NCBI GenBank assembly: GCA_013416795.1
Contig: RQSC01000010.1
Coordinates: 235,437-299,436, forward strand
Source: Prasinococcaceae sp. CCMP 1430
Lineage: Eukaryota; Plantae; Prasinodermophyta
Direction of reading: 5' to 3'
Length of the DNA stretch: 64,000 bases
Shown: piece after piece, positions 38,297 through 48,342 of the stretch
Layout of the letters: each line of letters starts with the position of its first letter
Numbering within the stretch: the first letter of the stretch is position 1
The notes under the pieces: model-generated
Told to the model about the DNA's origin: nothing
The model's input: only the letters and a program-made list of their open reading frames with translations
Databases searched by the model: none
Program-made: the position numbers and the translations under genes

Positions 38297-38716
38297 TTAA
38301 CGCTTTGAAAATTGTGGAGCTTTTCTAGCTTTCTTTAAGCCATATTTTTTTCGCTCAACACGACGTGAATCTCGCGTTAAAAGACCTTCACTACGTAATA
38401 AAGGTTGATACTTAGGGCTTAATTGTGTAAGAGCACGTGCTAATCCTAATTGGATAGCATCCGTTTGTCCTGTTAGTCCTCCGCCATTTACAACAGCATT
38501 AATAGAGAACGTATTTTCAACCCCAAGTAGATCTAATGGTGCACAAACTTTAGCTAATAAAGTTGGGTTTGCGCATAAATAATGCGATGCAGGTTGCCCA
38601 TTAATAAAAAAACTTGTTTTTTCAGTTGTTTCAGAGAGCCCAACTCTGGCTACTGATGTTTTTCGTCGGCCAATACCTGTATAGGCTGATAATTTTACAG
38701 AGGCTTCATTTGTCAT
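38297..38716 (-). CDS. rps9: Ribosomal protein S9
   Basis: GIGRRKTSVARV, ERKKYGLKKARKAPQFSKR. Confidence 0.98.
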   Translation of the reverse strand: MTNEASVKLSAYTGIGRRKTSVARVGLSETTEKTSFFINGQPASHYLCANPTLLAKVCAPLDLLGVENTFSINAVVNGGGLTGQTDAIQLGLARALTQLSPKYQPLLRSEGLLTRDSRRVERKKYGLKKARKAPQFSKR

Positions 38717-38727
38717 AGTTTAATAAA

Positions 38728-39645
38728 TTACTTTTTAAGAAAAAAAGGTTTCAATAAATCTAATGATACATCATATTCTTTAGAAAACATTTCCCAATTG
38801 TGAAAATTTTCTAAATTCTTATCATTTTTTAATTGCTTACATTTTAATCCTTTATACATATCAATAGGAAGAAATAAATTTTCAATTCTATGATTGTGTA
38901 AATTTAATTGTTTAGAATAGAATGATTCAGTACTTAATTCTAAAGTCTTTGGATATAAATCTTCAAATTCACAAAAAATATTTTGTACAGCTGTTTGAAG
39001 AGCTAAATAGGGTTGAATACTACCATCTGTCCAAATCTCTAGTTCAATCCATTCTTTTAATCGTTCTTCACAAATTGTATAATTTACTTTTTTAATGGGA
39101 CTAAAATCATTTTGTAAAAATAATGAAGAAGAAGATGTAACCGATTTTTTCAACATTGGAAGGGATGAGCCTTTATCTGTTTTCAAAATAAAATCCATCT
39201 TAAACTCGAATCCAGTATTAAGGTGTGCAATAATTTGATCTGGAAAACTTGCAATAATAGGGTATGGCAAATTTAAATCTTTAGCTGTAATAATTGCGGG
39301 GCCTTTCTTAGAAATTGTTCCACGTTTATAGTTTCCACAATATCCTTGAAAAGTAAGTTGTTTTAGGTTTAAGAGAATATCAATCACCGATTCTTGTACT
39401 CCAGGAAGAGTTGAGAATTCGTGTGTAGGAGTTTGGAAAATTACTTGCACGATACCAGTACCTGGTATTTCATGGAGTAATGTTCGACGTAATAAATTTG
39501 CGAATGTTAATGATTTTGTTCCTTTAAATGGTCCAATACGAAAACATCCATAAATTCCTTGTTTTGAATCCACACGCTCTTGTTGATGATGGATAGTAAA
39601 TTTATTTGAAACAGAAATTAGATTTTTAGCACTAGAAAGTGACAT
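38728..39645 (-). CDS. rpoA: RNA polymerase alpha subunit (divergent)
   Basis: TFANLLRRTLL, HEFSTLPGVQESVIDILLNLK, LEIWTDGSI. Confidence 0.93.
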   Translation of the reverse strand: MSLSSAKNLISVSNKFTIHHQQERVDSKQGIYGCFRIGPFKGTKSLTFANLLRRTLLHEIPGTGIVQVIFQTPTHEFSTLPGVQESVIDILLNLKQLTFQGYCGNYKRGTISKKGPAIITAKDLNLPYPIIASFPDQIIAHLNTGFEFKMDFILKTDKGSSLPMLKKSVTSSSSLFLQNDFSPIKKVNYTICEERLKEWIELEIWTDGSIQPYLALQTAVQNIFCEFEDLYPKTLELSTESFYSKQLNLHNHRIENLFLPIDMYKGLKCKQLKNDKNLENFHNWEMFSKEYDVSLDLLKPFFLKK

Positions 39646-39731
39646 AAAGAATCAAAAAGTTTGAAGAATGTTAAGAAGAATAATACGGTATAACTCTTAA
39701 TATTGTTTTTTTTATTGTCTTCAAAAAACCG

Positions 39732-40127
39732 TTAAATGCGACGTTTTTTCTTTGGTCGACATCCATTGTGTGGAACTGGCGTAACATCGCGAATTAAAGT
39801 TAGACGTACACCTGCGGTATGAACTGCACGTAAAGCTGTTTCACGGCCAGACCCAGGTCCACATAAAATAACTTCAGCAGTTTGTAATCCACGATCAATA
39901 CAGGGTTGTAATGCGACTCTTACTGCTGTTTGAGCAGCGAATGGTGTGCTTTTCTTTGCACCACGAAAGCCACAAGCCCCAGCTGATGACCATGAATATA
40001 CATTTCCTGTCCAATCAGTAATTGTGACTAATGTATTATTAAAGGTTGCATTAATATACACAATACCATTAGTAATTTTTTTCTTTCGTTTTAGAGTTGT
40101 TAAATTTTTTCGTTTTGTTTTTTGCAT
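39732..40127 (-). CDS. rps11: Ribosomal protein S11
   Basis: [24 protein letters not shown]. Confidence 0.98.
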   Translation of the reverse strand: MQKTKRKNLTTLKRKKKITNGIVYINATFNNTLVTITDWTGNVYSWSSAGACGFRGAKKSTPFAAQTAVRVALQPCIDRGLQTAEVILCGPGSGRETALRAVHTAGVRLTLIRDVTPVPHNGCRPKKKRRI

Positions 40128-40147
40128 AAATTGTTAGCAAGAATAAT

Positions 40148-40261
40148 TTAACCTTGACGTTGCTTATGTTTTTTAACTTTACAAATAATTAATACGCGCC
40201 CACGTCGACGAATACAGCGACAATGTTCGCACATTTTTTTAACAGATGAGCGTACTTTCAT
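40148..40261 (-). CDS. rpl36: Ribosomal protein L36
   Basis: Manual translation: [37 protein letters not shown]. Confidence 0.97.
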   Translation of the reverse strand: MKVRSSVKKMCEHCRCIRRRGRVLIICKVKKHKQRQG

Positions 40262-40287
40262 AGATAATTTCCTCAATAATTAAAGTG

Positions 40288-40692
40288 TTACCAAACAGTA
40301 CAAAGTACTTCACCACCAACCCCTAAAAGTCGAGCTTCTTTATTCGTTAAGAGACCTTTTGAAGTTGAAAGAATACAAATACTCATATTTTGACGTGGTG
40401 ATGGGATATTTTTAGCGTTTACATAAACACGACACCCAGGTCTACTTACGACTTTCATAACATGAGGTTTTGCTTTTGTTGTTTGATTTTGAGCGGGTAA
40501 AGAAACACGTAAAAAACGTTGCGATGCTTTTTGAGTCTTTTGTGATAACTCTTCTACACCGTCTAAAAACCCTTCATTTGATAAAATCATGACAAGTTGT
40601 TTTGCCATGTTTGTTTTTGGGATTAAAACATATCGTGCTTTACGTAATTGAGCATTACGAATACGCGTTAATGTATCAGCAATAGTGTGCAT
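40288..40692 (-). CDS. rps8: Ribosomal protein S8
   Basis: TIADTLTRIRNA, VSRPGCRVY, GVGGEVLC. Confidence 0.96.
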   Translation of the reverse strand: MHTIADTLTRIRNAQLRKARYVLIPKTNMAKQLVMILSNEGFLDGVEELSQKTQKASQRFLRVSLPAQNQTTKAKPHVMKVVSRPGCRVYVNAKNIPSPRQNMSICILSTSKGLLTNKEARLLGVGGEVLCTVW

Positions 40693-40735
40693 AATTAATT
40701 AAAAAATATTGGGACCTAAAAGTTGATGCAAATTG

Positions 40736-41290
40736 CTATTTTCCAGTTTGAGCAAAAGGAATGCCAATAGTTTCTAATAAAACCTCTGCATCACGGTCAG
40801 TTTTTGCAGTTGTTACAATTGAAATATTCATTCCATCTAAACGAGCAATTTTATCAAAATCAATTTCAGGAAACAGTAATTGATCAGTAAGGCCTAAAGT
40901 ATAGTTTCCTTTTCCATCGAAACCTGATCGTTTAATTCCACGAAAATCACGAATTCGTGGAAGAGCTAAATGAACTAATCGATCAAGAAATGCATACATA
41001 CGTTCACCACGTAAAGTTACCATGCAGCCAATCGTCATTTCTTCACGGATTTTAAATCCCGCAATAGACTTTTTTGCTAGCGTTGGTACACTGTGTTGAC
41101 CTGTAACAGTTGCAAGTTCTTGTCGTGACGCGGCAAATAAAGAAGATACTTGAGCAGATTCTCCTAAGCCACGGTTAATAACAATCTTTTTAATCTTCGG
41201 GATTTGATGCGGGTTACTAATTTCTAAACGTTTAGCAACGTTCGCATAGATTGTTTCTGAATATAGAGACTTATATGTTTGTGACTTCAT
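40736..41290 (-). CDS. rpl5: Ribosomal protein L5
   Basis: IPKIKKIVINRG, LPRIRDFRG. Confidence 0.97.
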   Translation of the reverse strand: MKSQTYKSLYSETIYANVAKRLEISNPHQIPKIKKIVINRGLGESAQVSSLFAASRQELATVTGQHSVPTLAKKSIAGFKIREEMTIGCMVTLRGERMYAFLDRLVHLALPRIRDFRGIKRSGFDGKGNYTLGLTDQLLFPEIDFDKIARLDGMNISIVTTAKTDRDAEVLLETIGIPFAQTGK

Positions 41291-41299
41291 TATATAAAT

Positions 41300-41668
41300 T
41301 TATAAAACTTCTGGGGCTAAAGAAACAATTTTTGTAAAATTTTGTTCTCGTAACTCACGGGCAACAGGTCCAAAAACACGTGTTCCACATGGGTTCCCAT
41401 CTTTATTAATAATAACGGCGGCGTTATCGTCAAATCGAAGTAGCATGCCACTATCGCGTCGTACTGCTTTACGGGTACGAACAACAACGGCTCGAACAAT
41501 GTCCGATCTTTTAATTGGCATATTCGGTGTGGCTTCTTTTACAACACCAATAATCGTATCTCCAATTTTTGCATATTTACGTCGACTTCCAATCAGAACG
41601 CGGATACACATAATTTTTCGAGCACCACTATTATCAGCCACATTAAGGTATGATTGAGCTTGAATCAT
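41300..41668 (-). CDS. rpl14: Ribosomal protein L14
   Basis: [20 protein letters not shown]. Confidence 0.98.
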   Translation of the reverse strand: MIQAQSYLNVADNSGARKIMCIRVLIGSRRKYAKIGDTIIGVVKEATPNMPIKRSDIVRAVVVRTRKAVRRDSGMLLRFDDNAAVIINKDGNPCGTRVFGPVARELREQNFTKIVSLAPEVL

Positions 41669-41718
41669 AAAAGTATTCCTTGATTAAATATTTTCGTTTT
41701 TGTTAGGTAATAAATTCG

Positions 41719-42141
41719 TTATTTGGCTTTATCCATTTGTCTAACAATAAAACGTGTTTTTACTGGCATTTTATAAGCGGCAAGTCTCATTGCTTTTTTT
41801 GCAGTTGCTTCTGACACTCCAGCCATCTCATAAAGAATGCGTCCAGGCTTAATAACAGCAACCCAATAATCTGGAGTTCCTTTACCTGATCCCATTCGTG
41901 ATTCAGCCGCTCGCACAGTAATTGATTTATCTGGGAAAGGACGAATCCATAATTTACCACCTCGACGAGCATAACGTGTCATGGCACGTCGTCCTGCTTC
42001 AATTTGACGAGCTGTTACCCAACCACGCTCTGTACTTTGCAATGCATAAGTACCAAAAGCACAGTAGTTACCAGAATTAGCAGATCCTTTTAAACGCCCT
42101 CGGTGATATTTTCGAAATTTTGTACGTTTTGGTTGTAACAT
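41719..42141 (-). CDS. rpl16: Ribosomal protein L16, intronless
   Basis: [23 protein letters not shown]. Confidence 0.98.
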   Translation of the reverse strand: MLQPKRTKFRKYHRGRLKGSANSGNYCAFGTYALQSTERGWVTARQIEAGRRAMTRYARRGGKLWIRPFPDKSITVRAAESRMGSGKGTPDYWVAVIKPGRILYEMAGVSEATAKKAMRLAAYKMPVKTRFIVRQMDKAK

Positions 42142-42171
42142 TTTAATTTTTCGTTTGTAATAGATTTTTGT

Positions 42172-42843
42172 TTAAGGTTGATAAACCCAAACTTTTACAC
42201 CTAAAATACCGTAAATTGTTTTTGCTGTACATAAAGCATAATCAATTTTGGCACGTAATGTATGAAGTGGTACACGACCTTTACGAACCCACTCACTTCG
42301 CGCAATTTCTGCCCCATTTAAACGACCAGAAACTTGGATTTTAATTCCACGAACGCCAGCAAATTCAGCTTTACGAATAACTTCTCGTACAGCACGACGG
42401 AATGGTACACGTGTTTCTAATTGTTGAACAACTAATGATGCTAAGACTTGTGCATGAACATCTGGGTTTTCTACAGCTTGAATTTGAAATTTAATTGCTT
42501 GATCAATATATCCAGCTTCTTGGTGTAATTCAGTTTGAAGACGCGAATCATGTTGTGTTAATAATTTCTTTAACTCAGCACGTGCGACTTTTAAAGTATC
42601 TTTTGGCTGACGTAGAAGAATGTCTAAACGTGTTACTGATAAATGTAAAATTAGACGTTTCTTTTGTCGATGAATCTGAACAGAAATAATTCCAAGTTCA
42701 GAAAACTTTTTATTTAAATAATCTCTAATTAAAATATCTTGGTAAATTAGACCTGCATATTCACGTTTTGGTACGAACCAATGCGCGGTATGCTCTTGGG
42801 TTACCCCTAGTCGAAATCCCAAAGGATGAATCTTTTGACCCAT
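42172..42843 (-). CDS. rps3: Ribosomal protein S3
   Basis: MGQKIHPLGFRLG, SGRLNGAEIAR. Confidence 0.97.
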   Translation of the reverse strand: MGQKIHPLGFRLGVTQEHTAHWFVPKREYAGLIYQDILIRDYLNKKFSELGIISVQIHRQKKRLILHLSVTRLDILLRQPKDTLKVARAELKKLLTQHDSRLQTELHQEAGYIDQAIKFQIQAVENPDVHAQVLASLVVQQLETRVPFRRAVREVIRKAEFAGVRGIKIQVSGRLNGAEIARSEWVRKGRVPLHTLRAKIDYALCTAKTIYGILGVKVWVYQP

Positions 42844-42865
42844 AATGTACTCTCCTAATTTTTTT

Positions 42866-43222
42866 TTATTCTTCTGAACTTACACCAATCGTAATATGGC
42901 ATGAAGGTTTCTGAATAGGAGCTCCTCGACCTTGAGCACGTGGACGGAAGCGTTTTAATTTTGGTCCTTCATCTACATATGCTAATTCAATTGTTAAATT
43001 TGCTTTTTTCCATTGTTTTTGTTCAGCGGCATTAGCAGCTGCTGATGATAAGATGCGCAGAATTGGTTCACACGCACGGTATGGTAAAAAACGTAAAATC
43101 ATAATTGCTTCTTCATAAGAACGACCACGGATTGTATCAATCACGCGTCGAGCTTTTAAAGCAGACATTTGAATTGCATATCCATGTGATAAGATAAGAT
43201 TCGTTGTATTTTTTGTATTCAT
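42866..43222 (-). CDS. rpl22: Ribosomal protein L22
   Basis: SALKARRVIDTIRG, VDEGPKLKRFRPRAQGR. Confidence 0.96.
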   Translation of the reverse strand: MNTKNTTNLILSHGYAIQMSALKARRVIDTIRGRSYEEAIMILRFLPYRACEPILRILSSAAANAAEQKQWKKANLTIELAYVDEGPKLKRFRPRAQGRGAPIQKPSCHITIGVSSEE

Positions 43223-43268
43223 AGCAAAGAGGTGTTCCTGGTAGACAGTAACAGAATAATACTATATA

Positions 43269-43547
43269 TTAGCGACGCGCTTTTTTATCTTGTTTAACAT
43301 GTCCACGAAAAGTTCGTGTAACAGCAAATTCGCCTAATTTATGGCCAACCATATTTTCACTAATAAAAACTGGAATATGCTCTCGCCCATTATGAACAGC
43401 AATGGTATAACCAATCATAGCAGGAATAATTGTTGAACTACGTGACCAGGTTTTAATAACTTGATTTTTTAGTGAAGCGTCTTTTTTTGCTAAAATTTTA
43501 AGTAAATGACGAGCAATAAAAGGCCCTTTTTTAATAGATCTTGGCAT
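43269..43547 (-). CDS. rps19: Ribosomal protein S19
   Basis: [20 protein letters not shown]. Confidence 0.98.
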   Translation of the reverse strand: MPRSIKKGPFIARHLLKILAKKDASLKNQVIKTWSRSSTIIPAMIGYTIAVHNGREHIPVFISENMVGHKLGEFAVTRTFRGHVKQDKKARR

Positions 43548-43581
43548 TGTATATTAATTCGTTTATTATTATAAAAATAAA

Positions 43582-44412
43582 TTAATTTGCACGACGTACA
43601 ATAAATTTATTACTATAGCGGTATTTTGATCGCGTCGGTCGACCTAAAGCTGGTTTACCCCATGGGTCTACAGGTTGTGAACGCCCAATAGGAGCGCGCC
43701 CTTCACCACCACCATGTGGGTGATCGCACGGGTTCATTACACTTCCACGAACATATGGACGACGACCACGCCAACGCTTACGACCGGCTTTTCCATCTCG
43801 GATGTTTGCGTACTCTTCATTTCCAACACGGCCTAAGGTTGCCCAACAAGTTTGAAGGACGAAACGTACTTCACCAGATGGTAGTCGAATACTTGCATAT
43901 TTGCCTTCTTTAGCAACTACTTGCGCTGATGTTCCTGCAGCTCGTACTAATTTAGCTCCTTGTGTCGGCGCTAATTCAATATTATGAATTTCTGAACCTA
44001 CTGGAATTGCTGTTAAAGGTAATGCGTTTCCTGTTTTTAAAGGTGCTATCGGACTTGATTCAATTACTTGACCTAATTCTAACCCTTGTGGAGCTAAAAT
44101 ATAGTGTTGTTGTTCGCTGGTTTCAATTTTTGCAAGAAATGCGTTACGGTTTGGATCATATTCTAATCCCATAACTTTTCCTGGATTATTTTGAGCGAAA
44201 CGTTTCCATAAAACAAAACGGTAACGTCGTTTATGCCCACCACCGCGATGTCGAGCTGTAATTCGTCCTTGGTTATTGCGACCTTTTGAACGTTGGAAGC
44301 CCTTAATATTAGCACTTTTTTTAGTTTGTGCTGTATTTGGGAATCTAACTAATTTGTTTGTGGCACAAAAACGTGTTCCCGGTGTTAAGGATTTATAAAT
44401 TCGAATTGCCAT
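43582..44412 (-). CDS. rpl2: Ribosomal protein L2, intronless
   Basis: [22 protein letters not shown]. Confidence 0.98.
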   Translation of the reverse strand: MAIRIYKSLTPGTRFCATNKLVRFPNTAQTKKSANIKGFQRSKGRNNQGRITARHRGGGHKRRYRFVLWKRFAQNNPGKVMGLEYDPNRNAFLAKIETSEQQHYILAPQGLELGQVIESSPIAPLKTGNALPLTAIPVGSEIHNIELAPTQGAKLVRAAGTSAQVVAKEGKYASIRLPSGEVRFVLQTCWATLGRVGNEEYANIRDGKAGRKRWRGRRPYVRGSVMNPCDHPHGGGEGRAPIGRSQPVDPWGKPALGRPTRSKYRYSNKFIVRRAN

Positions 44413-44452
44413 AATTTTATTTGTAATATTTTCTTAGTAAACTAATATTTTA

Positions 44453-44749
44453 TTAGTTTTGTAGTAAGCTATCAAATAAATTAATAGTTTCCCCAGCATT
44501 AAGGGTAATAATAGCTCGTTTTGCGCGGTTACGTTTTGTATCACGCATTCCACGAGTTCCTCGTTTTTCAGGAATAACTGACATTGAAATGTGTGTAACT
44601 TTTACATTCCAAATCGATTCAACGAGCTCTTTAATAATCGGTTTCGTTGCTTTCTTACTTACTAAAAGTGAGTATCGTCCAAATTGTTCTACCTCATTAA
44701 TAGCTTTTTCAGTAGTAACTGGACCATAAATATATTGAGAAAAAGACAT
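44453..44749 (-). CDS. rpl23: Ribosomal protein L23
   Basis: PVTTEKA, KRAIITL; first gene of the r-protein cluster. Confidence 0.88.
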   Translation of the reverse strand: MSFSQYIYGPVTTEKAINEVEQFGRYSLLVSKKATKPIIKELVESIWNVKVTHISMSVIPEKRGTRGMRDTKRNRAKRAIITLNAGETINLFDSLLQN

Positions 44750-44938
44750 AATATAAACTCTTTTTTAGTGATAATTTAAGTTAAAAAAAGGATTTTTCTT
44801 CAACTTTATGTTTATCATTTTTATTTATTTTAACAAAAATAAGTCAAGTGCTATATTATTTTTTTACTAATTTTTCTTTTTATTAAAATACTAAGTAAAA
44901 CATAATAATAGTCAATTTTCGCTCTGTTTTTCTAAAAT

Positions 44939-45023
44939 TGGGGATAGAGGGACTTGAACCCTCACGACAATAATTGTCAACGGATTTTAAGTCCGTAGCG
45001 TCTACCAATTCCGCCATATCCCC
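44939..45023 (-). tRNA. trnL: tRNA-Leu(UAA), no group I intron
   Basis: Continuous anticodon loop CTTAAAA, long variable arm. Confidence 0.95.
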
Positions 45024-45185
45024 TTGGATGATATTTGTATTATATCATATTATATAAAAAATTAGCTAGTCTTTTTAACCTCATTTTATTTTACTATGTA
45101 AAAAATTTAAATATAGTATAATATGTATACATAAAGTAATATAAGTGAGACTGATAAAAACTATTTAAATATTTTATAAAAAATT

Positions 45186-46244
45186 ATGACAGTTAACGAT
45201 ACAACAACACAGCGACCGGTTTTTCCTTTTACCGCAATTGTCGGGCAAGAAGAAATGAAATTAGCTCTTCTTTTAAATGTAATCGACCCTAAGATTGGGG
45301 GAGTAATGATTATGGGAGATCGTGGAACAGGTAAGTCAACGACTGTTCGTGCATTAATTGATTTATTACCTGAAATTCAAGTTGTTAAGAATGACCCTTT
45401 TAACTCAGATCCCAAGAATCCAGAATTAATGAGTGATGAAGTACGTTCACAAGTCATGGAAGGTAAAGAATTACCAACTGATACCGTTAAAGTTTCAATG
45501 GTTGATTTACCACTGGGTGCTACTGAAGACCGTGTTTGTGGAACAATTGATATTGAAAAAGCTTTAACAGATGGTGTTAAAGCATTTGAACCTGGACTTT
45601 TAGCAAAAGCAAATCGTGGTATTTTATATGTAGATGAAGTTAACCTTTTAGATGATCACCTTGTTGACGTACTACTAGATTCAGCAGCATCAGGTTGGAA
45701 TACTGTTGAACGTGAAGGAATTTCAATTTGTCATCCAGCTCGTTTTATTTTAATTGGTTCTGGTAACCCAGAAGAAGGGGAACTACGTCCACAATTATTA
45801 GATCGATTTGGTATGCATGCACAAATTGGAACGGTGAAAGAACCAGATTTACGAGTAAAAATTGTAGAAGAACGTGCTCAATTTGATACAAACCCAGGAG
45901 AATTCCGTGGCTTATATGAAGGATCACAAACTGAATTACGTAATCGTGTAATTGATGCTCAAAATGTACTGAAAGATGTAACACTTTCAGAAGAATATCG
46001 TACTAAGATTTCGCAAGTTTGTTCTGAATTAGATGTTGATGGGTTACGTGGTGATATTGTTACTAACCGTGCAGCTCGTGCTTTAGCTGCATTTGATGGA
46101 GCAACTGAAGTAACAACAAAACACATTGCAGCCATTGTTACATTATGTCTTCGCCACCGTTTACGTAAAGATCCGTTAGAATCTATTGATTCAGGAACGA
46201 AAGTTCAAGAAGTTTTTGATGCTGTTTTTAATATGGCTGAATAG
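45186..46244 (+). CDS. chlI: Mg-chelatase subunit I
   Basis: [19 protein letters not shown]. Confidence 0.98.
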   Translation: MTVNDTTTQRPVFPFTAIVGQEEMKLALLLNVIDPKIGGVMIMGDRGTGKSTTVRALIDLLPEIQVVKNDPFNSDPKNPELMSDEVRSQVMEGKELPTDTVKVSMVDLPLGATEDRVCGTIDIEKALTDGVKAFEPGLLAKANRGILYVDEVNLLDDHLVDVLLDSAASGWNTVEREGISICHPARFILIGSGNPEEGELRPQLLDRFGMHAQIGTVKEPDLRVKIVEERAQFDTNPGEFRGLYEGSQTELRNRVIDAQNVLKDVTLSEEYRTKISQVCSELDVDGLRGDIVTNRAARALAAFDGATEVTTKHIAAIVTLCLRHRLRKDPLESIDSGTKVQEVFDAVFNMAE

Positions 46245-46337
46245 TCGATTAGGTAGAGACTTTAATTTACTAACTTAGTAAATTAAAGTCGATACCTATT
46301 CTTTTAAAACGTACTAATAAATTTTTTGTTTTTCACA

Positions 46338-46409
46338 CTCCCCAGGTAGGATTTGAACCTACGACCATTCGGTTAACAGCCGAATGCTCTACCACTGAGC
46401 TACTGAGGA
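46338..46409 (-). tRNA. trnN: tRNA-Asn(GUU)
   Basis: Cloverleaf, anticodon loop CTGTTAA. Confidence 0.95.
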
Positions 46410-46579
46410 TTTTATTTACTTATTCTTATTATACCATAGGTTTAAGTTTCTTTTTTACTTGAGTTAATGCATATATTGAAAGAGAAAAACAATTATATGG
46501 TATAATGTTGTATAGTATACGATTTATCTTATTTAGTACACAAATTTGTGTTGATATACTCTTTTTTGTTTAAATTATT

Positions 46580-46687
46580 ATGATTTCATCTATTCCATCA
46601 ATTTTTGTTCCAGTTGTAGGACTAATTTTTCCTGCAATTGCAATGTTATCTTTCTTTATTTATGCTGAGAAAGACAGCCTTGATTAA
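46580..46687 (+). CDS. psaI: Photosystem I PsaI
   Basis: [32 protein letters not shown]. Confidence 0.93.
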   Translation: MISSIPSIFVPVVGLIFPAIAMLSFFIYAEKDSLD

Positions 46688-46765
46688 ATAAAACTTTTAT
46701 TTTTTATTCTTAAAAACGAGGACTAAGAAACCTCATTTTTTAGTGATCAAATTTCTTAATTTATT

Positions 46766-46885
46766 ATGAAAAACTTTGCAACATACTTATCAACTGCCCC
46801 TGTGTTAGCAGCTCTTTGGTTTGGTTTATTAGCCGGTATGCTAATTGAAAGCCAACGTTTTTTCCCAGATATTTTAACATTTTAA
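46766..46885 (+). CDS. psaJ: Photosystem I PsaJ
   Basis: [19 protein letters not shown]...RFFPD. Confidence 0.95.
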   Translation: MKNFATYLSTAPVLAALWFGLLAGMLIESQRFFPDILTF

Positions 46886-47027
46886 ACCAATATTGTTTGT
46901 GATAGTTACTAATAAATTTTATTATTGATTTATTAGTGACTATTAGTTTTTTGTTCGCTTTATTAGGTTCAGATATGTTATAATTATCTTACTACTATCT
47001 AAAATTTATAACACACTTTATTATTTT

Positions 47028-47231
47028 ATGACAGATTCTACTTCAAAAAATGATGCACAAATTGTTTTTGATTATAAAAATTTAAAAACATTAAAAAAAT
47101 TTATTACTGAACAAGGTAAAATTCAACCTCGTCGTTTAACAAAATTAACAGCCAAACAACAACGCGCTTTAACACGCGCAGTAAAACAGGCGCGTATTTT
47201 AGCTTTACTTCCTTTTATGGGACAAAATTAA
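47028..47231 (+). CDS. rps18: Ribosomal protein S18
   Basis: [34 protein letters not shown]. Confidence 0.96.
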   Translation: MTDSTSKNDAQIVFDYKNLKTLKKFITEQGKIQPRRLTKLTAKQQRALTRAVKQARILALLPFMGQN

Positions 47232-47410
47232 TGTATTTATTAATATTTTAATTTTAACTAACTAATAAACAAATTTTATCCTCTTTTTAACCTTGCTTAA
47301 AACCTTATTTTTATGGTATTATAGATAAATATTTAAAATTTTTTTTTAAAGAAATTATTACTTTTATCTATAGATCGATTTATTTTTTAACATTTTACAG
47401 ATTATTCGTT

Positions 47411-48127
47411 ATGGTACAACAAGAACAAAATATGCTTTTTGATATGGTATATGCAGGTGTTCATTTAGGTCATCGTGCAAATGCTTGGAATCCAAAAATG
47501 CAACAATATATTTATAAGAAAGAGCGTAATATCCATATTATTGATATTGTTCAAACAATGGTTCTTTTAAAGAAAGCATGTCAATTTACTTTTAAACAAG
47601 CTGCTCAAGGAAATTCCATTTTAATCGTTGGAACAAAAACGCATTTAGTGGAAAGTATTATGTTTGAAGCTACACGTTGTCAAGCTCTATATGTTGTTAA
47701 CCGTTGGTTAGGTGGATTATTAACGAATCAACAAACAATTCGTAGTCGTATTTCTAAATTAGCAGCATTAGAAAAAGATCAAGGTAATACAACTCTAACG
47801 AAGAAAGAATTAATTAAACAACGACGTGAATTAGAAAAATTACGTAGAAATTTTGATGGTTTACGTAACTTAGATAAAATGCCAAGTTGTGCAATTATTA
47901 TTGATCCTGTTAAAGAAAAAAATGCGTTAGCTGAATGTAAACGCCTTAATATTCCTGTTATTGCTTTTATTGATACAAATGGAGATCCAAGTGGAATTGA
48001 TTATCCAATCCCAACAAATGATGATTCTGTTGTTTCAGTACAATATCTTCTTCGCATTCTTGTTGAATCAGTATGTGATGGTATTCGTGTTCGTTTAGCA
48101 AATCAATTACAAGGGCAACGAGGTTAA
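47411..48127 (+). CDS. rps2: Ribosomal protein S2
   Basis: GVHLGH, WNPKM, RWLGGLLTN, IPTNDDS. Confidence 0.97.
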   Translation: MVQQEQNMLFDMVYAGVHLGHRANAWNPKMQQYIYKKERNIHIIDIVQTMVLLKKACQFTFKQAAQGNSILIVGTKTHLVESIMFEATRCQALYVVNRWLGGLLTNQQTIRSRISKLAALEKDQGNTTLTKKELIKQRRELEKLRRNFDGLRNLDKMPSCAIIIDPVKEKNALAECKRLNIPVIAFIDTNGDPSGIDYPIPTNDDSVVSVQYLLRILVESVCDGIRVRLANQLQGQRG

Positions 48128-48196
48128 ACTCGATATTTATAACACCAACTTTAATTGGTGTTATAAACCTCATGAAGGTAAAGTAAGTGTCTTTTC

Positions 48197-48272
48197 ACCT
48201 TTGTGGCGAAACCGGTAAACGCAGTATATTCAAAATATACATTTTTTAAGGGTTCGAGTCCCTTCAGAGGTA
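48197..48272 (+). tRNA. trnL: tRNA-Leu(CAA), atypical short variable region
   Basis: Acceptor ACCTTTG/CAGAGGT+A, anticodon arm GTATA-TTCAAAA-TATAC, GGTTCGAGTCC. Confidence 0.75.
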
Positions 48273-48342
48273 AATAATATTCGGTCTTTCTTAAAGAAGT
48301 TATTCTATAAAAATCATATTTAACAACGTTATTAGCGTATAT

